This document shows, one piece after another, positions 50,479 to 60,083 of a DNA stretch of 64,000 bases. The stretch comes from Nitrosopumilus sp. (lineage in GTDB: Archaea > Thermoproteota > Nitrososphaeria > Nitrososphaerales > Nitrosopumilaceae). The notes beneath the pieces were generated by a model. That model was not told where the DNA came from. It saw only the letters and a list, made by a program, of their open reading frames with translations, and did no database searches. The translations under genes were made by a program, and so were the position numbers. Within the stretch, counting starts at the first letter, position 1, and each line of letters opens with the position of its first letter. The DNA lies in NCBI GenBank assembly GCA_965218695.1, contig OZ244651.1, positions 1,984,001 through 2,048,000 on the forward strand. The letters are read 5' to 3'.

Positions 50479-51234
50479 GTGGCAAGAATTGCCGTCTTTG
50501 ATTCGGGTCTGGGATCGCTTTCAATCATACTGGCAATCCAGAGTGTGATGAAGGCAGACATTGTGTATTTTGCAGACCAGCAGAACTTTCCCTACGGACT
50601 CAAGTCACACTCACAACTCAAGTCCATAATTACCAGAACCATCCGGATGCTTGAGGAGAGGTTCTCCCCGGACGGCATTGTAATGGCATCAAACACACCT
50701 AGCCTCATGCTGGACATTCACAATCCGAAGGTGATCGGCGTAAGACCTCCGCTGGCCGAGGCCTGCAAGGCCTCCAAGTCAGGAAAGATTGGAATTCTTG
50801 CAACCCGATCGGCGGTGAGAAGCAGGGGCCTATCGAGATACATCAAACAGAATGCCCTAGGACGGTGCAGAATTCACAGGATTGACGGCTCCGGGCTTGT
50901 AGATCTGGTAGAGTCCAAGCGGTTCCTAACAGACAAAAATCTGTGCAGGAAGACAATACGGGAGAGATTGGAGGATACAATATCCAGAAACTCTATCGAT
51001 ACTGTCACCCTCTCCAGCACGCACCTTCCCTTCCTGCAGGACATGCTGGATGGCGAGTTTCCCCAAGTCAAGTTCATTGATCCGGGCAGGATGGTGGCCT
51101 CGGCTCTCTCAAGGCGGCACGACAGTTCTCCAAGAAACTCACTGAGAATCTTTACCTCGGCAGAACCCGGGAACCTCCAGGAGAGCCTGACGGGCCTGGG
51201 GATCAAAAACAGGGTTTTGCGCCTGTCTATCTGA
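50479..51234 (+). CDS. Asp/Glu racemase family protein (MurI-like) with Ser in place of both catalytic Cys
   Basis: VFDSGLG, FPYG, MASNT (cf. IACNT), LSSTH (cf. LGCTH). Confidence 0.85.
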   Translation: MARIAVFDSGLGSLSIILAIQSVMKADIVYFADQQNFPYGLKSHSQLKSIITRTIRMLEERFSPDGIVMASNTPSLMLDIHNPKVIGVRPPLAEACKASKSGKIGILATRSAVRSRGLSRYIKQNALGRCRIHRIDGSGLVDLVESKRFLTDKNLCRKTIRERLEDTISRNSIDTVTLSSTHLPFLQDMLDGEFPQVKFIDPGRMVASALSRRHDSSPRNSLRIFTSAEPGNLQESLTGLGIKNRVLRLSI

Positions 51235-51991
51235 CTTTGGCCCTTCTGTAACCATGGCTGAACTCCTTGTCATACAGTTTAGAGTACTCGTATGACTCGG
51301 GCTCTATGACATCGCCGATAATTATGATGGCAGTCCTTGTGATCCCTGCCTCCCTTGTCCTTTTTGCAATGTCCTCCAGCGTTCCCTTCAGGATCGTCTG
51401 ATCCTTCCAGCTTGCCCTGTATACGACTGCAGCAGGCGTGGTCTCCTTGTAGCCTCCGGCCACTGCCTCCCTGGCAAGTCTTGCGATTAGCTGTGCGCTG
51501 AGGTAAAAGATCATCGTTGCCCCGTGCCCCGCAAGCTCGGATATCTTCTCCCTGTCTGGAACCTTGGTTCTTGATTCTACCCTCGTGATGATTATCGTCT
51601 GGGTGACTCCCGGCAGGGTAAGCTGTGTTCCCAGTGCGGCAGCCGAGGCAAGAAACGCAGTGACTCCCGGCACGACTATGGATTCTATCCCCTTTGCCTT
51701 GAGATTATCGATCTGCTCCCTTATCGCACCATATATGGACGGATCTCCGTCATGAAGCCTGACCACCCGCCTGTTCTCCCTTGCATTCTGGTACAGCAGA
51801 TCGAATATCTCCTCCCTGACAAGCCCTGATGCGTCATGCAGCTCCCCGTTCCTGCACAGCTTCAGGATGGGTTCGGGGATCAGGGATCCTGAGTACACCA
51901 CCACGTCTGCCTCCTGAATTAACCTGCTGGCCTTGACTGTAATGAGTTCGGGATCGCCTGGCCCGCACCCCACAAAGAAGACTTTAGACAC
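51227..51991 (-). CDS. cbiF: Cobalt-precorrin-4 C11-methyltransferase
   Basis: GPGDPELITVK, YSGSL, RLHDGDPSIYGAIREQ, SKLYD..FSH. Confidence 0.93.
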   Translation of the reverse strand: MSKVFFVGCGPGDPELITVKASRLIQEADVVVYSGSLIPEPILKLCRNGELHDASGLVREEIFDLLYQNARENRRVVRLHDGDPSIYGAIREQIDNLKAKGIESIVVPGVTAFLASAAALGTQLTLPGVTQTIIITRVESRTKVPDREKISELAGHGATMIFYLSAQLIARLAREAVAGGYKETTPAAVVYRASWKDQTILKGTLEDIAKRTREAGITRTAIIIIGDVIEPESYEYSKLYDKEFSHGYRRAKVR

Positions 51992-52706
51992 GCTTTACCA
52001 CCAGTATTGAAAAGTATTTGGTCGTCAGGGTGCTGTCATTTACCTCGCCAAGCGTCATCTTTCTGACGATCTCCTTGTCGGTACCAAGATCCTGTCCTAT
52101 TGCAAAGATAGAGTCTGCAGGGAACCCGGATTCCCTTAGCACGTCTATCACCTGATCAAAGTACCTCCCATCCTTGAGAAAGACCACAGTCTCGGAGTTT
52201 TTTGCAATCTCCCTGACGCTAGACAGGTCATAACATGATGGAATTATTGCAACCTTCTCTGCCCCCTCTGCAATACTTACGCCTATCTTCGAGGCAAACG
52301 TGAATATCGAGACGATTCCAGGTATTACGCTTATGTCCATGTCCGGATGGCTTTCCATAAGATTCCTGTGCATGTAGATCCACGTACTGTACAAGTATGG
52401 ATCCCCTACAGTGACATATACGATGTTCTTCCCTGACAGGACTCTTTCTGCCATGATCTTGGCATTTCTCTTCCATGTCTGCTCAAGAACCGCCCTGTCC
52501 TTTGTCATCGGAAAGATCAGCTTTACAACCTCCTGACCTGCCGACTTGTCGATCACTTGTGATATTATTGAGAATGCTATACTCGGTCTGTCCTCTCCTG
52601 ATGCCGGGCACATTATGACATCTGCGTTCTGGATTGTCCTTACGGCCTTTACCGTAAGCAGATCGGGATCCCCCGGACCCACCCCTATTGCAGTCAGACC
52701 AGGCAT
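51984..52706 (-). CDS. cbiL: Precorrin-2/cobalt-factor II C20-methyltransferase
   Basis: GVGPGDPDLLTVKA, FPMTKD, GDPYLYST, YFS. Confidence 0.92.
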   Translation of the reverse strand: MPGLTAIGVGPGDPDLLTVKAVRTIQNADVIMCPASGEDRPSIAFSIISQVIDKSAGQEVVKLIFPMTKDRAVLEQTWKRNAKIMAERVLSGKNIVYVTVGDPYLYSTWIYMHRNLMESHPDMDISVIPGIVSIFTFASKIGVSIAEGAEKVAIIPSCYDLSSVREIAKNSETVVFLKDGRYFDQVIDVLRESGFPADSIFAIGQDLGTDKEIVRKMTLGEVNDSTLTTKYFSILVVKRV

Positions 52707-52840
52707 ACGGGTTTTTGGACAGCCCCAATTAAAAATCTAGGTTAACTCCCCGATCCATGGCCGGTCCTGAACCTGCCTTGATCCAAATCCAGTATCCTGT
52801 CCGCCTGATATTATTAATACAATTGGCAAGCACGGTATGT

Positions 52841-53923
52841 ATGGACGGGAAGGATAATCTCAGAACAGGCTACACCACGGGAAGTTCGGCCACGGCAGCT
52901 TCCAAGGCCGCACTGCTGGCAATACTCGGCCAGCAGGACATATACAGCGTAGAGATCCAGCTGCCCAAGGGCAACTGCATACAGATTCCGGTAACCTCCT
53001 GCATGTATTGGTCAGATAGAGCAAGGTGTACCGTAGTCAAGGACGGGGGAGACGATCCCGACGTGACCCACGGCGCTGAGATTGTAGTGGATCTGTCCCT
53101 TACTGATACGGCAGGAAAAATAGATATAGACGGGGGCCAAGGCGTTGGAATAGTTACGAAGCCTGGTCTGGGACTGGAGATAAACAAACCTGCCATTAAC
53201 CCGGTGCCCAAAAAAATGATTACCAAGAACCTGCAAGATACCGGAGGACAAATACTTGACAAACGCGGGATCCGGGTGGTAATCTCGGTTCCCAAAGGCA
53301 CCGAGCTTGGCCCAAAGACTGACAATCCGAGAATAGGCATCAAGGGCGGCATCTCGATTCTAGGCACCAGTGGAATCGTCATTCCGTTCTCCACGGCATC
53401 ATACGCTGCATCAATCCGGCAGAACCTGGATGTTGCAGTGGCTATGGGTAATGATACCATGGTGCTGACGACTGGAGGACGAAGCGAGGAGATGGCAAAG
53501 AAGATAGTGAGTCTTCCAGAGCACTGTTTTATACAGATGGGCGACTTTTCCGGATACACCATACAGCAGTGCGGCAGGAAGGGAATCAAAAAGGCATACA
53601 TTGTGGGATTCATCGGAAAACTTGCAAAGATGGCAGCCGGAGTTAAGCAGACCCATGTCAAGGGTTCCAAGGTAGACATGGGGTTTCTTGCAAGATTGGC
53701 AGAACAGTCCGGTGCCGATGCAGATACTGTCAGAGAGATAAGGAGGGCAAACACTGCAAGGCACGTCTCTGAGATCGTTCAGGGCAGCCGAACCCGCGGG
53801 TTCTTTGATCTGATATGCAACCATACACACAAACACATGAGAAGGCACTGCAACGATTCGGTCCCAATCGAGGTTGTGCTGTTTGACTTTGACGGAAGCA
53901 TTCTGGCCCGGTCAAGTCAGTAG
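52841..53923 (+). CDS. cbiD: Cobalt-precorrin-5B C1-methyltransferase
   Basis: LRTGYTTG, KDGGDDPDVTHG, GGISILGTSG, GKLAK. Confidence 0.95.
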   Translation: MDGKDNLRTGYTTGSSATAASKAALLAILGQQDIYSVEIQLPKGNCIQIPVTSCMYWSDRARCTVVKDGGDDPDVTHGAEIVVDLSLTDTAGKIDIDGGQGVGIVTKPGLGLEINKPAINPVPKKMITKNLQDTGGQILDKRGIRVVISVPKGTELGPKTDNPRIGIKGGISILGTSGIVIPFSTASYAASIRQNLDVAVAMGNDTMVLTTGGRSEEMAKKIVSLPEHCFIQMGDFSGYTIQQCGRKGIKKAYIVGFIGKLAKMAAGVKQTHVKGSKVDMGFLARLAEQSGADADTVREIRRANTARHVSEIVQGSRTRGFFDLICNHTHKHMRRHCNDSVPIEVVLFDFDGSILARSSQ

Positions 53924-54052
53924 TGTCTGTAAACCTGATGACTGATCGATTCTCCAAGGACAGATGCCACCAGCACTCGAAAAATACATGCAAAAAATCT
54001 CAAAAAGACGCAACGGTTCCCAATGCGGCATATACATAATCAGGACAAAAAA

Positions 54053-54232
54053 TTATTCTTTTATCTTTAATGCGCCTGACGGACATTCCTTGACTGTTCT
54101 ACTTATCTCCTCGGCAGGAGCGCCATCCTGTATTATGACAAATTTGTCATTCTGTTTTGTAAACACGGAGGGGAGGTTCTTTACGCACTTGCCTGAGTGA
54201 ATACAGACGTCCTCATCCCAACTAACTTCCAT
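54053..54232 (-). CDS. Small divergent 4Fe-4S ferredoxin (Fer4_19/YjdI-like), 59 aa, absent from the ORF track
   Basis: Translated by hand: MEVSWDEDVCIHSGKCVKNLPSVF...VKECPSGALKIKE. Confidence 0.85.
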   Translation of the reverse strand: MEVSWDEDVCIHSGKCVKNLPSVFTKQNDKFVIIQDGAPAEEISRTVKECPSGALKIKE

Positions 54233-54839
54233 GGGTTTGTTCTAGCATGCTGTTACAAAAACCTATTGTTACATCCAGAATGATTCACCTTGCACCGCCT
54301 GCCTCCTGAATATTACCGTCACCGCATATGTTACAGCCGGAGCCTTGCGGGGTATGTGTGAACCAATTAAATACTGCTTTTTAGATTTTATCGTTTTTTG
54401 AATCACGAACGCGTCGGTTACTGCAAACGCGTCTAAATCCGTGCCAAAAAATGGATCCGGTATTTGACTAAAGGGAGAAACTACGGCCCGTCCCAACATA
54501 ACACAAATTAAAATCTCGTCACTGACAAATTTTTAAAAATTACACTGCATGCAGGCCACGTAGCCAGGAAGACCGCGATATTTTGCACAACAACTACATA
54601 CACATATACTCCAATCCTGTCAAATAAAATCTGACACCATCCATCCTAACCAGCACCGCCAATGGAATTAAGGCCAGGGTGACTGCAACGACAAACAATA
54701 TTTTTCCATTAAGAAAAACACGGACGTGTTTTAATTCGTGTGCGGGTACCTGTGGGGATCATGCATGTGGTCTATCCTGTGTGGGCCAGCAGTCTTTCTG
54801 CCATGTCTGGCTTGTGCTGTCTGTCTTTGACGATGACTA

Positions 54840-55941
54840 TAGTGGCGATCAAAAGTTCTTGCAAAATAATTCGGCTTTTCTGTTAAAGAATTTGATCAAA
54901 TCCAGATTGAATCTCGCAGTTCGATAATACTGGGAGATGGCCCTGTGCATGTCCAAGAAGGTTTTGTAGTATTCTGAGACAAGCAGGTTCCGTTTTCCCT
55001 GGTGCCAGCATTCTTCCACGGCGTTGAGATGCGGTGAGCCTTTTGGCAGGTATATGATCCTGATGTTCTTGTTCTTGCGCAGCAGCGTCCGGACGGCTTT
55101 TGCGCGGTGCGGGGACGCCCTGTCCACCATGACGGCCACCTTCCCAAAATGCCTCTGCATGGCCTTGAGATAGGCAACAAATGTGGGCGCATTAAACCCG
55201 CTGGCAGTCCTGAAGAACTGCCTGCCGTCCGTCGTGATTGAACCGTACACGGCAATTCTTTTGTGGCTTCCAGTATATGGTACGGTTATTGGCACCCCCA
55301 CAGGCGACCAATACTTGCGACCCGATTTTACGTCGTGTATGAAGAACGCCTCGTCTTGCACGGCCAGGACAAAACCGTCCTTTTCTAGGCGTGAAATTCT
55401 CTTTTTGAGGCGATATTGCCAACTTTTTACGGCCGTTTTGGTGGCCCTGTTAATGTGGATCCTTTGCGACCCCTTGGGAGACAGGCCGTATTTTTGCATG
55501 ATTTTCCTGACATTCGTCCTGTGCATCCTTGTTCCCGTTTCCTTGTGTATGACCTGTTGCAGTTCGGCAGGAGTGGTCTTGAACCTGTCTACCTTGTCCA
55601 GTATGCCGTCCATTGTTTCCGGCGAAATCTTGGGCGGCCTGCCGGATCTGGGAAGATCCAGGAGGCCTTCAAGGCCTCCCTTCTCGAAGCGTTCCAGCCA
55701 GTTGCGCACCCATCGAGGGCATCGCAAAAGATTGACGGCTGCATCCTCTATGCTCACTTTGCGAAAATATACCATGTGCACTGCAAGCATTCTGACTCCC
55801 ACCCTGAGGTCTTTTTCTTTTTTGTATGCTGCTTCGAGTTCTTCCCGTGTTACTTTGCTCATGCCGCGTTAGGCGACCAGATGATCTACATAGTTTTCGG
55901 TCTGAGGTGCTGAACTTGGAACGAATTTTTGCTTTTCACTA
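54840..55941 (-). mobile_element. IS630-family insertion sequence
   Basis: Imperfect TIRs starting TAGTG...CAAAA.TTC; TA duplication at 54838-54839 and 55942-55943 within a CTAG target. Confidence 0.88.
54849..55862 (-). CDS. IS630 transposase
   Basis: HTH with RSGRPPK; QDEA, DRASPH, PKGSPHLNAVEECW. Confidence 0.94.
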   Translation of the reverse strand: MSKVTREELEAAYKKEKDLRVGVRMLAVHMVYFRKVSIEDAAVNLLRCPRWVRNWLERFEKGGLEGLLDLPRSGRPPKISPETMDGILDKVDRFKTTPAELQQVIHKETGTRMHRTNVRKIMQKYGLSPKGSQRIHINRATKTAVKSWQYRLKKRISRLEKDGFVLAVQDEAFFIHDVKSGRKYWSPVGVPITVPYTGSHKRIAVYGSITTDGRQFFRTASGFNAPTFVAYLKAMQRHFGKVAVMVDRASPHRAKAVRTLLRKNKNIRIIYLPKGSPHLNAVEECWHQGKRNLLVSEYYKTFLDMHRAISQYYRTARFNLDLIKFFNRKAELFCKNF

Positions 55942-55994
55942 TAGTTCTGGCAGTCCCTGCAACAACCCGTGTCCATACTCGGACTGTCTTACAT

Positions 55995-57593
55995 GTAACT
56001 GTGTAGTTTTTTGATCAAATGTTGAATTCCATGCCTACAAACGTCTGTGTAGTTTTTTTGAAACTATTTTTAATCACTTGATCGAGTTTTTCTCTCCATT
56101 CCAATTTTTAGATCATCAGTTCCCACGGTTTGCATTATGTCTGATGATAATTCCGAGTCAAGGATTGCAGAACTGGAGGAAAAAGTGGAGATGATGGCAG
56201 GGCAGCTGGCCAAAAAGGACCAGCAGATAGCCAAACTCACTGATCTTTACGCTGCCGCCCTCAGGCAGATCCAGGACCTCACGGCAGAGTTGCAGGAAGC
56301 AAGGGGCACCATATCGGCTGCCGTTGCAAGGAGCATCGGCGCAAAACCTGACAAAAAGACGGGCAGTGCCAGACGCCGCACAAAGGCCAAGGGCAAGCCA
56401 AGCGTCCACAGGCGCACGGGCCTTGCGCGTCCTGAAAGAATAGACGCAGAGGAGACGGCAGATCCCCACACGTGCGACAACTGCGGCAGCTCCGACCTCT
56501 CCGAGTGCGTATCCACGTACACAAAGGTGGTAAGGGAGGCTGCCAAGACGGAACTAAAGCACATCAAGGTGACAGTAAAGAGAAGACGTTGCAGGAACTG
56601 CAAGAAGACCGTGTCCGGCAGGACTCCGCTGGCACTGCCAAACTCCAGGTACGGGATCAACTTTATGATAATGATGGTCATCCTCAGGCTGCACGGCATG
56701 TCAGACCTCAGAATATGCAATATTGTCATGATGATGTACTCGGCAAGAATCACGGAATCTGCGATAAACCGTATGGTGTGCAGGATGGCCCGGGAGCTCG
56801 GGCCGCTGTACGAGAAGATCAAGGAGGAGGTAAGAAACTCGCCTGCGATAAACGGGGACGAGTCCGTCTGGCGCGTCGACGGCACGAACTACTGGCTGTG
56901 GGCGGTGGTAACAAGGTACGCCGTAATCTACGAGGTGCACCGCCGCAGGAACTCGAAGGTTCCAAAAAAGATGCTCGGCAAGGACTACCCGGGATGCGTG
57001 ACGTCTGACTCGTGGGGAGCGTGGAACGTCATAGGAGCCATGCACCAAAAGTGCCACCTGCATTACGTCCGGGACGTCAAGGCCACCCTGAGATACAAGA
57101 ATCCCGGCCAGGACTACCGTCGGCACGCAAGGACGCTGCGCGCGATACTGCGGGACTCGCACGTCGACGGCGCCGTTCCGGGAGGGGCAGACGCGCTTGC
57201 CGCAAAGAAGAGGCTGGATCGTCGCATCGCGTCCATGATAGGCAGGCTCGAGAAGAACCGCGACTGCAAGCACTGCAACAGGATGCGCAAGAGGCTGGTG
57301 CGGGAAAGGGATCACCTGTTTGCGTTTCTGGAGACAGACGATGTCGAATACCACAACAACCGGGCAGAGCGGGCCATCAGGCCGTGCGTCATCCTGCGCA
57401 AGAACAGCAACGGGAGCAGGTCAAAGAAGGGCGCAGACGCCATTGCCACGCTGATGAGCATCAAGCAGACATGCAAGGCAAGGGGAGATGATCTTGGCAC
57501 GGTCCTGCGCGAGGGTCTGGTCCTATGTCAAAAAAATACATAGTTTCTTGGAGACATGGAATTCAGCATTTGATCAAAAAACTACACAGTTAC
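55995..57593 (+). mobile_element. IS66-family insertion sequence (single-ORF type)
   Basis: ~39-bp TIR GTAACTGTGTAGTTTTTTGATCAAATG(T/C)TGAATTCCATG; 8-bp TSD TCTTACAT at 55987-55994 and 57594-57601. Confidence 0.96.
56137..57543 (+). CDS. IS66 transposase (TnpC-like)
   Basis: Coiled coil, CDNC...CRNC, DESVW, SDSW, QKCHLH, NNRAERAIR. Confidence 0.95.
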   Translation: MSDDNSESRIAELEEKVEMMAGQLAKKDQQIAKLTDLYAAALRQIQDLTAELQEARGTISAAVARSIGAKPDKKTGSARRRTKAKGKPSVHRRTGLARPERIDAEETADPHTCDNCGSSDLSECVSTYTKVVREAAKTELKHIKVTVKRRRCRNCKKTVSGRTPLALPNSRYGINFMIMMVILRLHGMSDLRICNIVMMMYSARITESAINRMVCRMARELGPLYEKIKEEVRNSPAINGDESVWRVDGTNYWLWAVVTRYAVIYEVHRRRNSKVPKKMLGKDYPGCVTSDSWGAWNVIGAMHQKCHLHYVRDVKATLRYKNPGQDYRRHARTLRAILRDSHVDGAVPGGADALAAKKRLDRRIASMIGRLEKNRDCKHCNRMRKRLVRERDHLFAFLETDDVEYHNNRAERAIRPCVILRKNSNGSRSKKGADAIATLMSIKQTCKARGDDLGTVLREGLVLCQKNT

Positions 57594-57649
57594 TCTTACA
57601 TGTATAGCAATTGCAAAGATATTTTATCAAAGTAACCAACTCTTTGTTT

Positions 57650-58702
57650 ATGGAAAATGTGTCCGTTCTTGTCATTACCAGAAACGGGGTAAGAATGGGG
57701 GCAGACCTCAAGAAAATGTTTCCGGACTGGCATGTCCTTGCGCCTGAAAAGCTCTCCGACGGAAGCGACACAATAACCTGGTACGCTGAATCCACCACCC
57801 AAAAGATAGCCCAGCTGTTCCAGACCAGCGATGCGCTGGTATGCATCTTCTCCCTGGGTGCCGTAATCAGACTGATCGCACCGCACCTGAAGAGCAAGAA
57901 GACGGATCCGGCCGTGGTGGTGATTGATGATCAGGGGGGCTTTGTAATCAGCACGCTGTCCGGACATCTTGGAGGTGCCAACGAACTGACCCTGAAGATT
58001 GCAGACCGGATGGGGGCCACGCCTGTAATCACTACTGCCGCAGACGTGAACAAGACGATATCCGTAGACCTGATAGGGAGGAATCTGGGATGGCAGATTG
58101 AGGATGACTCCGCTGTTACTAGGGTCAGCGCCCACATGGTAAACGAGGAGGCCATAGGCGTCTTTCAGGATGCCGGCAGCAGGGAGTGGTACACAAAACT
58201 ACCGCACAACGTTACCATGTACCATGACATGAACTCCCTGAGGGGGTCCGGCTCCAAAGGACACATTATAATCTCGGATCGGATAATTAGCGGCGTGATG
58301 CCTGCAGATTCCGTGGTGTACAGGCCCCCGAGTCTGGTGGTGGGCGTGGGGCTGCACTGGGACACCCACAAGGACACCATCAAAGCCGGGATTGCAGACA
58401 CCCTTGAGAGGTTCGGCCTCAGCCCAATCTCTGTATCAGGACTGGCATCGATAAGGAAGCCGCAGGACATACCCGGGTTGACACAGGCTGCACAGGAGAT
58501 GAACGTACCAGTAGAATATGTGGATCGGGAGGAACTGGCCCGAATCCAGACCCCGAACCCCTCAGACACTGTAAGGTCCTTTGAGGGAACTGCAAGCGTC
58601 TCAGAGGCTGCCGCCATGATATCTGCTAGTGGCAACCTAGTTGTAGAAAAACAGAAATTCCCACCTAATCTGACCATAGCCATAGCAAGGAGAATGAATT
58701 GA
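57650..58702 (+). CDS. cbiG: Cobalt-precorrin-5A hydrolase
   Basis: GAVIRLIAP, KTDPAVVVID, LSGHLGGAN, ITTA, SVSEAAA. Confidence 0.93.
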   Translation: MENVSVLVITRNGVRMGADLKKMFPDWHVLAPEKLSDGSDTITWYAESTTQKIAQLFQTSDALVCIFSLGAVIRLIAPHLKSKKTDPAVVVIDDQGGFVISTLSGHLGGANELTLKIADRMGATPVITTAADVNKTISVDLIGRNLGWQIEDDSAVTRVSAHMVNEEAIGVFQDAGSREWYTKLPHNVTMYHDMNSLRGSGSKGHIIISDRIISGVMPADSVVYRPPSLVVGVGLHWDTHKDTIKAGIADTLERFGLSPISVSGLASIRKPQDIPGLTQAAQEMNVPVEYVDREELARIQTPNPSDTVRSFEGTASVSEAAAMISASGNLVVEKQKFPPNLTIAIARRMN

Positions 58703-59451
58703 GGCGCGGACTGTTACTCATAGACAGGGGAAGCCGGCAGAGGGAGGCATCTGAGGAACTTGAGACGATCTGCTCGGAGATAATGTCACGGAATCGACAT
58801 GCCTTTGTCGATTTCTGCTTTCTGGAAGTTGAGCCGCCATACATAGAGGACGGAATTGCAAGATGTCTCAGGCAGGATATCGACTCGCTAACAATTGTGC
58901 CGTACTTTCTGTACCCAGGAAGAAAGGTCAAATGTGCCGTCACTGACGTCATGAAGTTCCAAAAGGATACGGAGGTAAAGTTTGTCGTTACAAAACCCAT
59001 GAGCATGCACAAGACCCTAGTAAGCCTAGTCCGGAACAGGATAACTGCCGCCATGGAGGAGAACCACGTAACCCTTCCAGAGAAGGATGTAGATGTTATG
59101 CTTATTGGGCACGGAAGCAAAGATCCCAACGCGCGTCTGTCTCTGGATTACATTGTAAACAAATTGCAGGACTCGTACCGGAACGTAAGCCGGTGCTGGC
59201 TGGAGATAGAGCAGCCGGACATATTCCAAGGAGTCAAGAAATGCTCAGACGACAAGCCCCGGGTGCTGATAGTGGTGTTTTACTTTCTGCACGAGGGTGT
59301 ACACGTAAAGACTGACATCAACAACGATCTGATGCCTGCACTTGCCGACTCTGGAATCAAGACATTCTACACAACAAAACATCTGGGCACCGACCCAAAG
59401 ATGATCGACTTGATCATGGAGAGGGCAGGGGACGTGGAAAATGCAGACTGA
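58699..59451 (+). CDS. cbiX: Sirohydrochlorin cobaltochelatase (long CbiX)
   Basis: Duplicated chelatase fold: RGS...FLE..PYFL and GHGS...WLE..FLHEGVH. Confidence 0.85.
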   Translation: MRRGLLLIDRGSRQREASEELETICSEIMSRNRHAFVDFCFLEVEPPYIEDGIARCLRQDIDSLTIVPYFLYPGRKVKCAVTDVMKFQKDTEVKFVVTKPMSMHKTLVSLVRNRITAAMEENHVTLPEKDVDVMLIGHGSKDPNARLSLDYIVNKLQDSYRNVSRCWLEIEQPDIFQGVKKCSDDKPRVLIVVFYFLHEGVHVKTDINNDLMPALADSGIKTFYTTKHLGTDPKMIDLIMERAGDVENAD

Positions 59452-60076
59452 GAGAGGACAGTCCATAGAGGACGCAAGCATGCAGGTCATCGACGACGAG
59501 ATCGGATCACATCACTACGACGAGACGGAATGGCCCATCGTCAGGAGGGTGATTCATTCCACTGCAGACTTTGATTTTGCAGGAAAAAATAGGATAATCT
59601 TCTGTAACAACGCCATTCGGAGTGGCATGAATGCGCTGAGGAACGGCTGCAGCATAGTCGTTGATGTCAACGGCGTTCTGGGAGGCCTCAACAAGCAGAA
59701 CCTCAGGGAATTTGGCAACAAGACTGTCTGCAACATCTCGGATCCGACCGTCATGGAGGCTGCAAAAAGACAGGGAACGACACGTTCCAGAGTCTCCATG
59801 CGGATGGCAGCCGGACAGATCGACGGCGGCGTGGTGGCAGTTGGCAACGCACCCACTGCGCTGCAGGAGGTGGTTCAGATGACCGCGGAGGGCACGGTCA
59901 GCCCCGCACTGATAATAGGCATTCCCGTGGGATTCATATGCGCTGCAGAATCAAAGGAAGAGCTCTCAAAATCTGCAGCACCACACATTACCAATCTAGG
60001 CCGAAAGGGCGGCAGCCCGTCGGCCTCTGCAATAATCAACGCACTCTTCAAATTGATCCGGGCAGAATCCCCCTGA
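59441..60076 (+). CDS. cbiC: Precorrin-8X methylmutase
   Basis: RRVIHSTAD, VGNAPTAL, GIPVGF, GRKGGS. Confidence 0.95.
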   Translation: MQTERGQSIEDASMQVIDDEIGSHHYDETEWPIVRRVIHSTADFDFAGKNRIIFCNNAIRSGMNALRNGCSIVVDVNGVLGGLNKQNLREFGNKTVCNISDPTVMEAAKRQGTTRSRVSMRMAAGQIDGGVVAVGNAPTALQEVVQMTAEGTVSPALIIGIPVGFICAAESKEELSKSAAPHITNLGRKGGSPSASAIINALFKLIRAESP

Positions 60077-60083
60077 TTGGCAC

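Noticed and set aside
54269-54499. 76-aa minus-strand ORF in an AT-rich spacer
   Set aside because: No recognisable motif; possibly decayed sequence, cannot be supported as a gene
54440-54600. AGCCAGGAAGACC resembling the 3' B12-box of a cobalamin riboswitch within the cbi cluster
   Set aside because: Other core elements (GGGAA/T-loop, GCCACTG...GGGAAG pairing) cannot be assembled, and no gene follows directly
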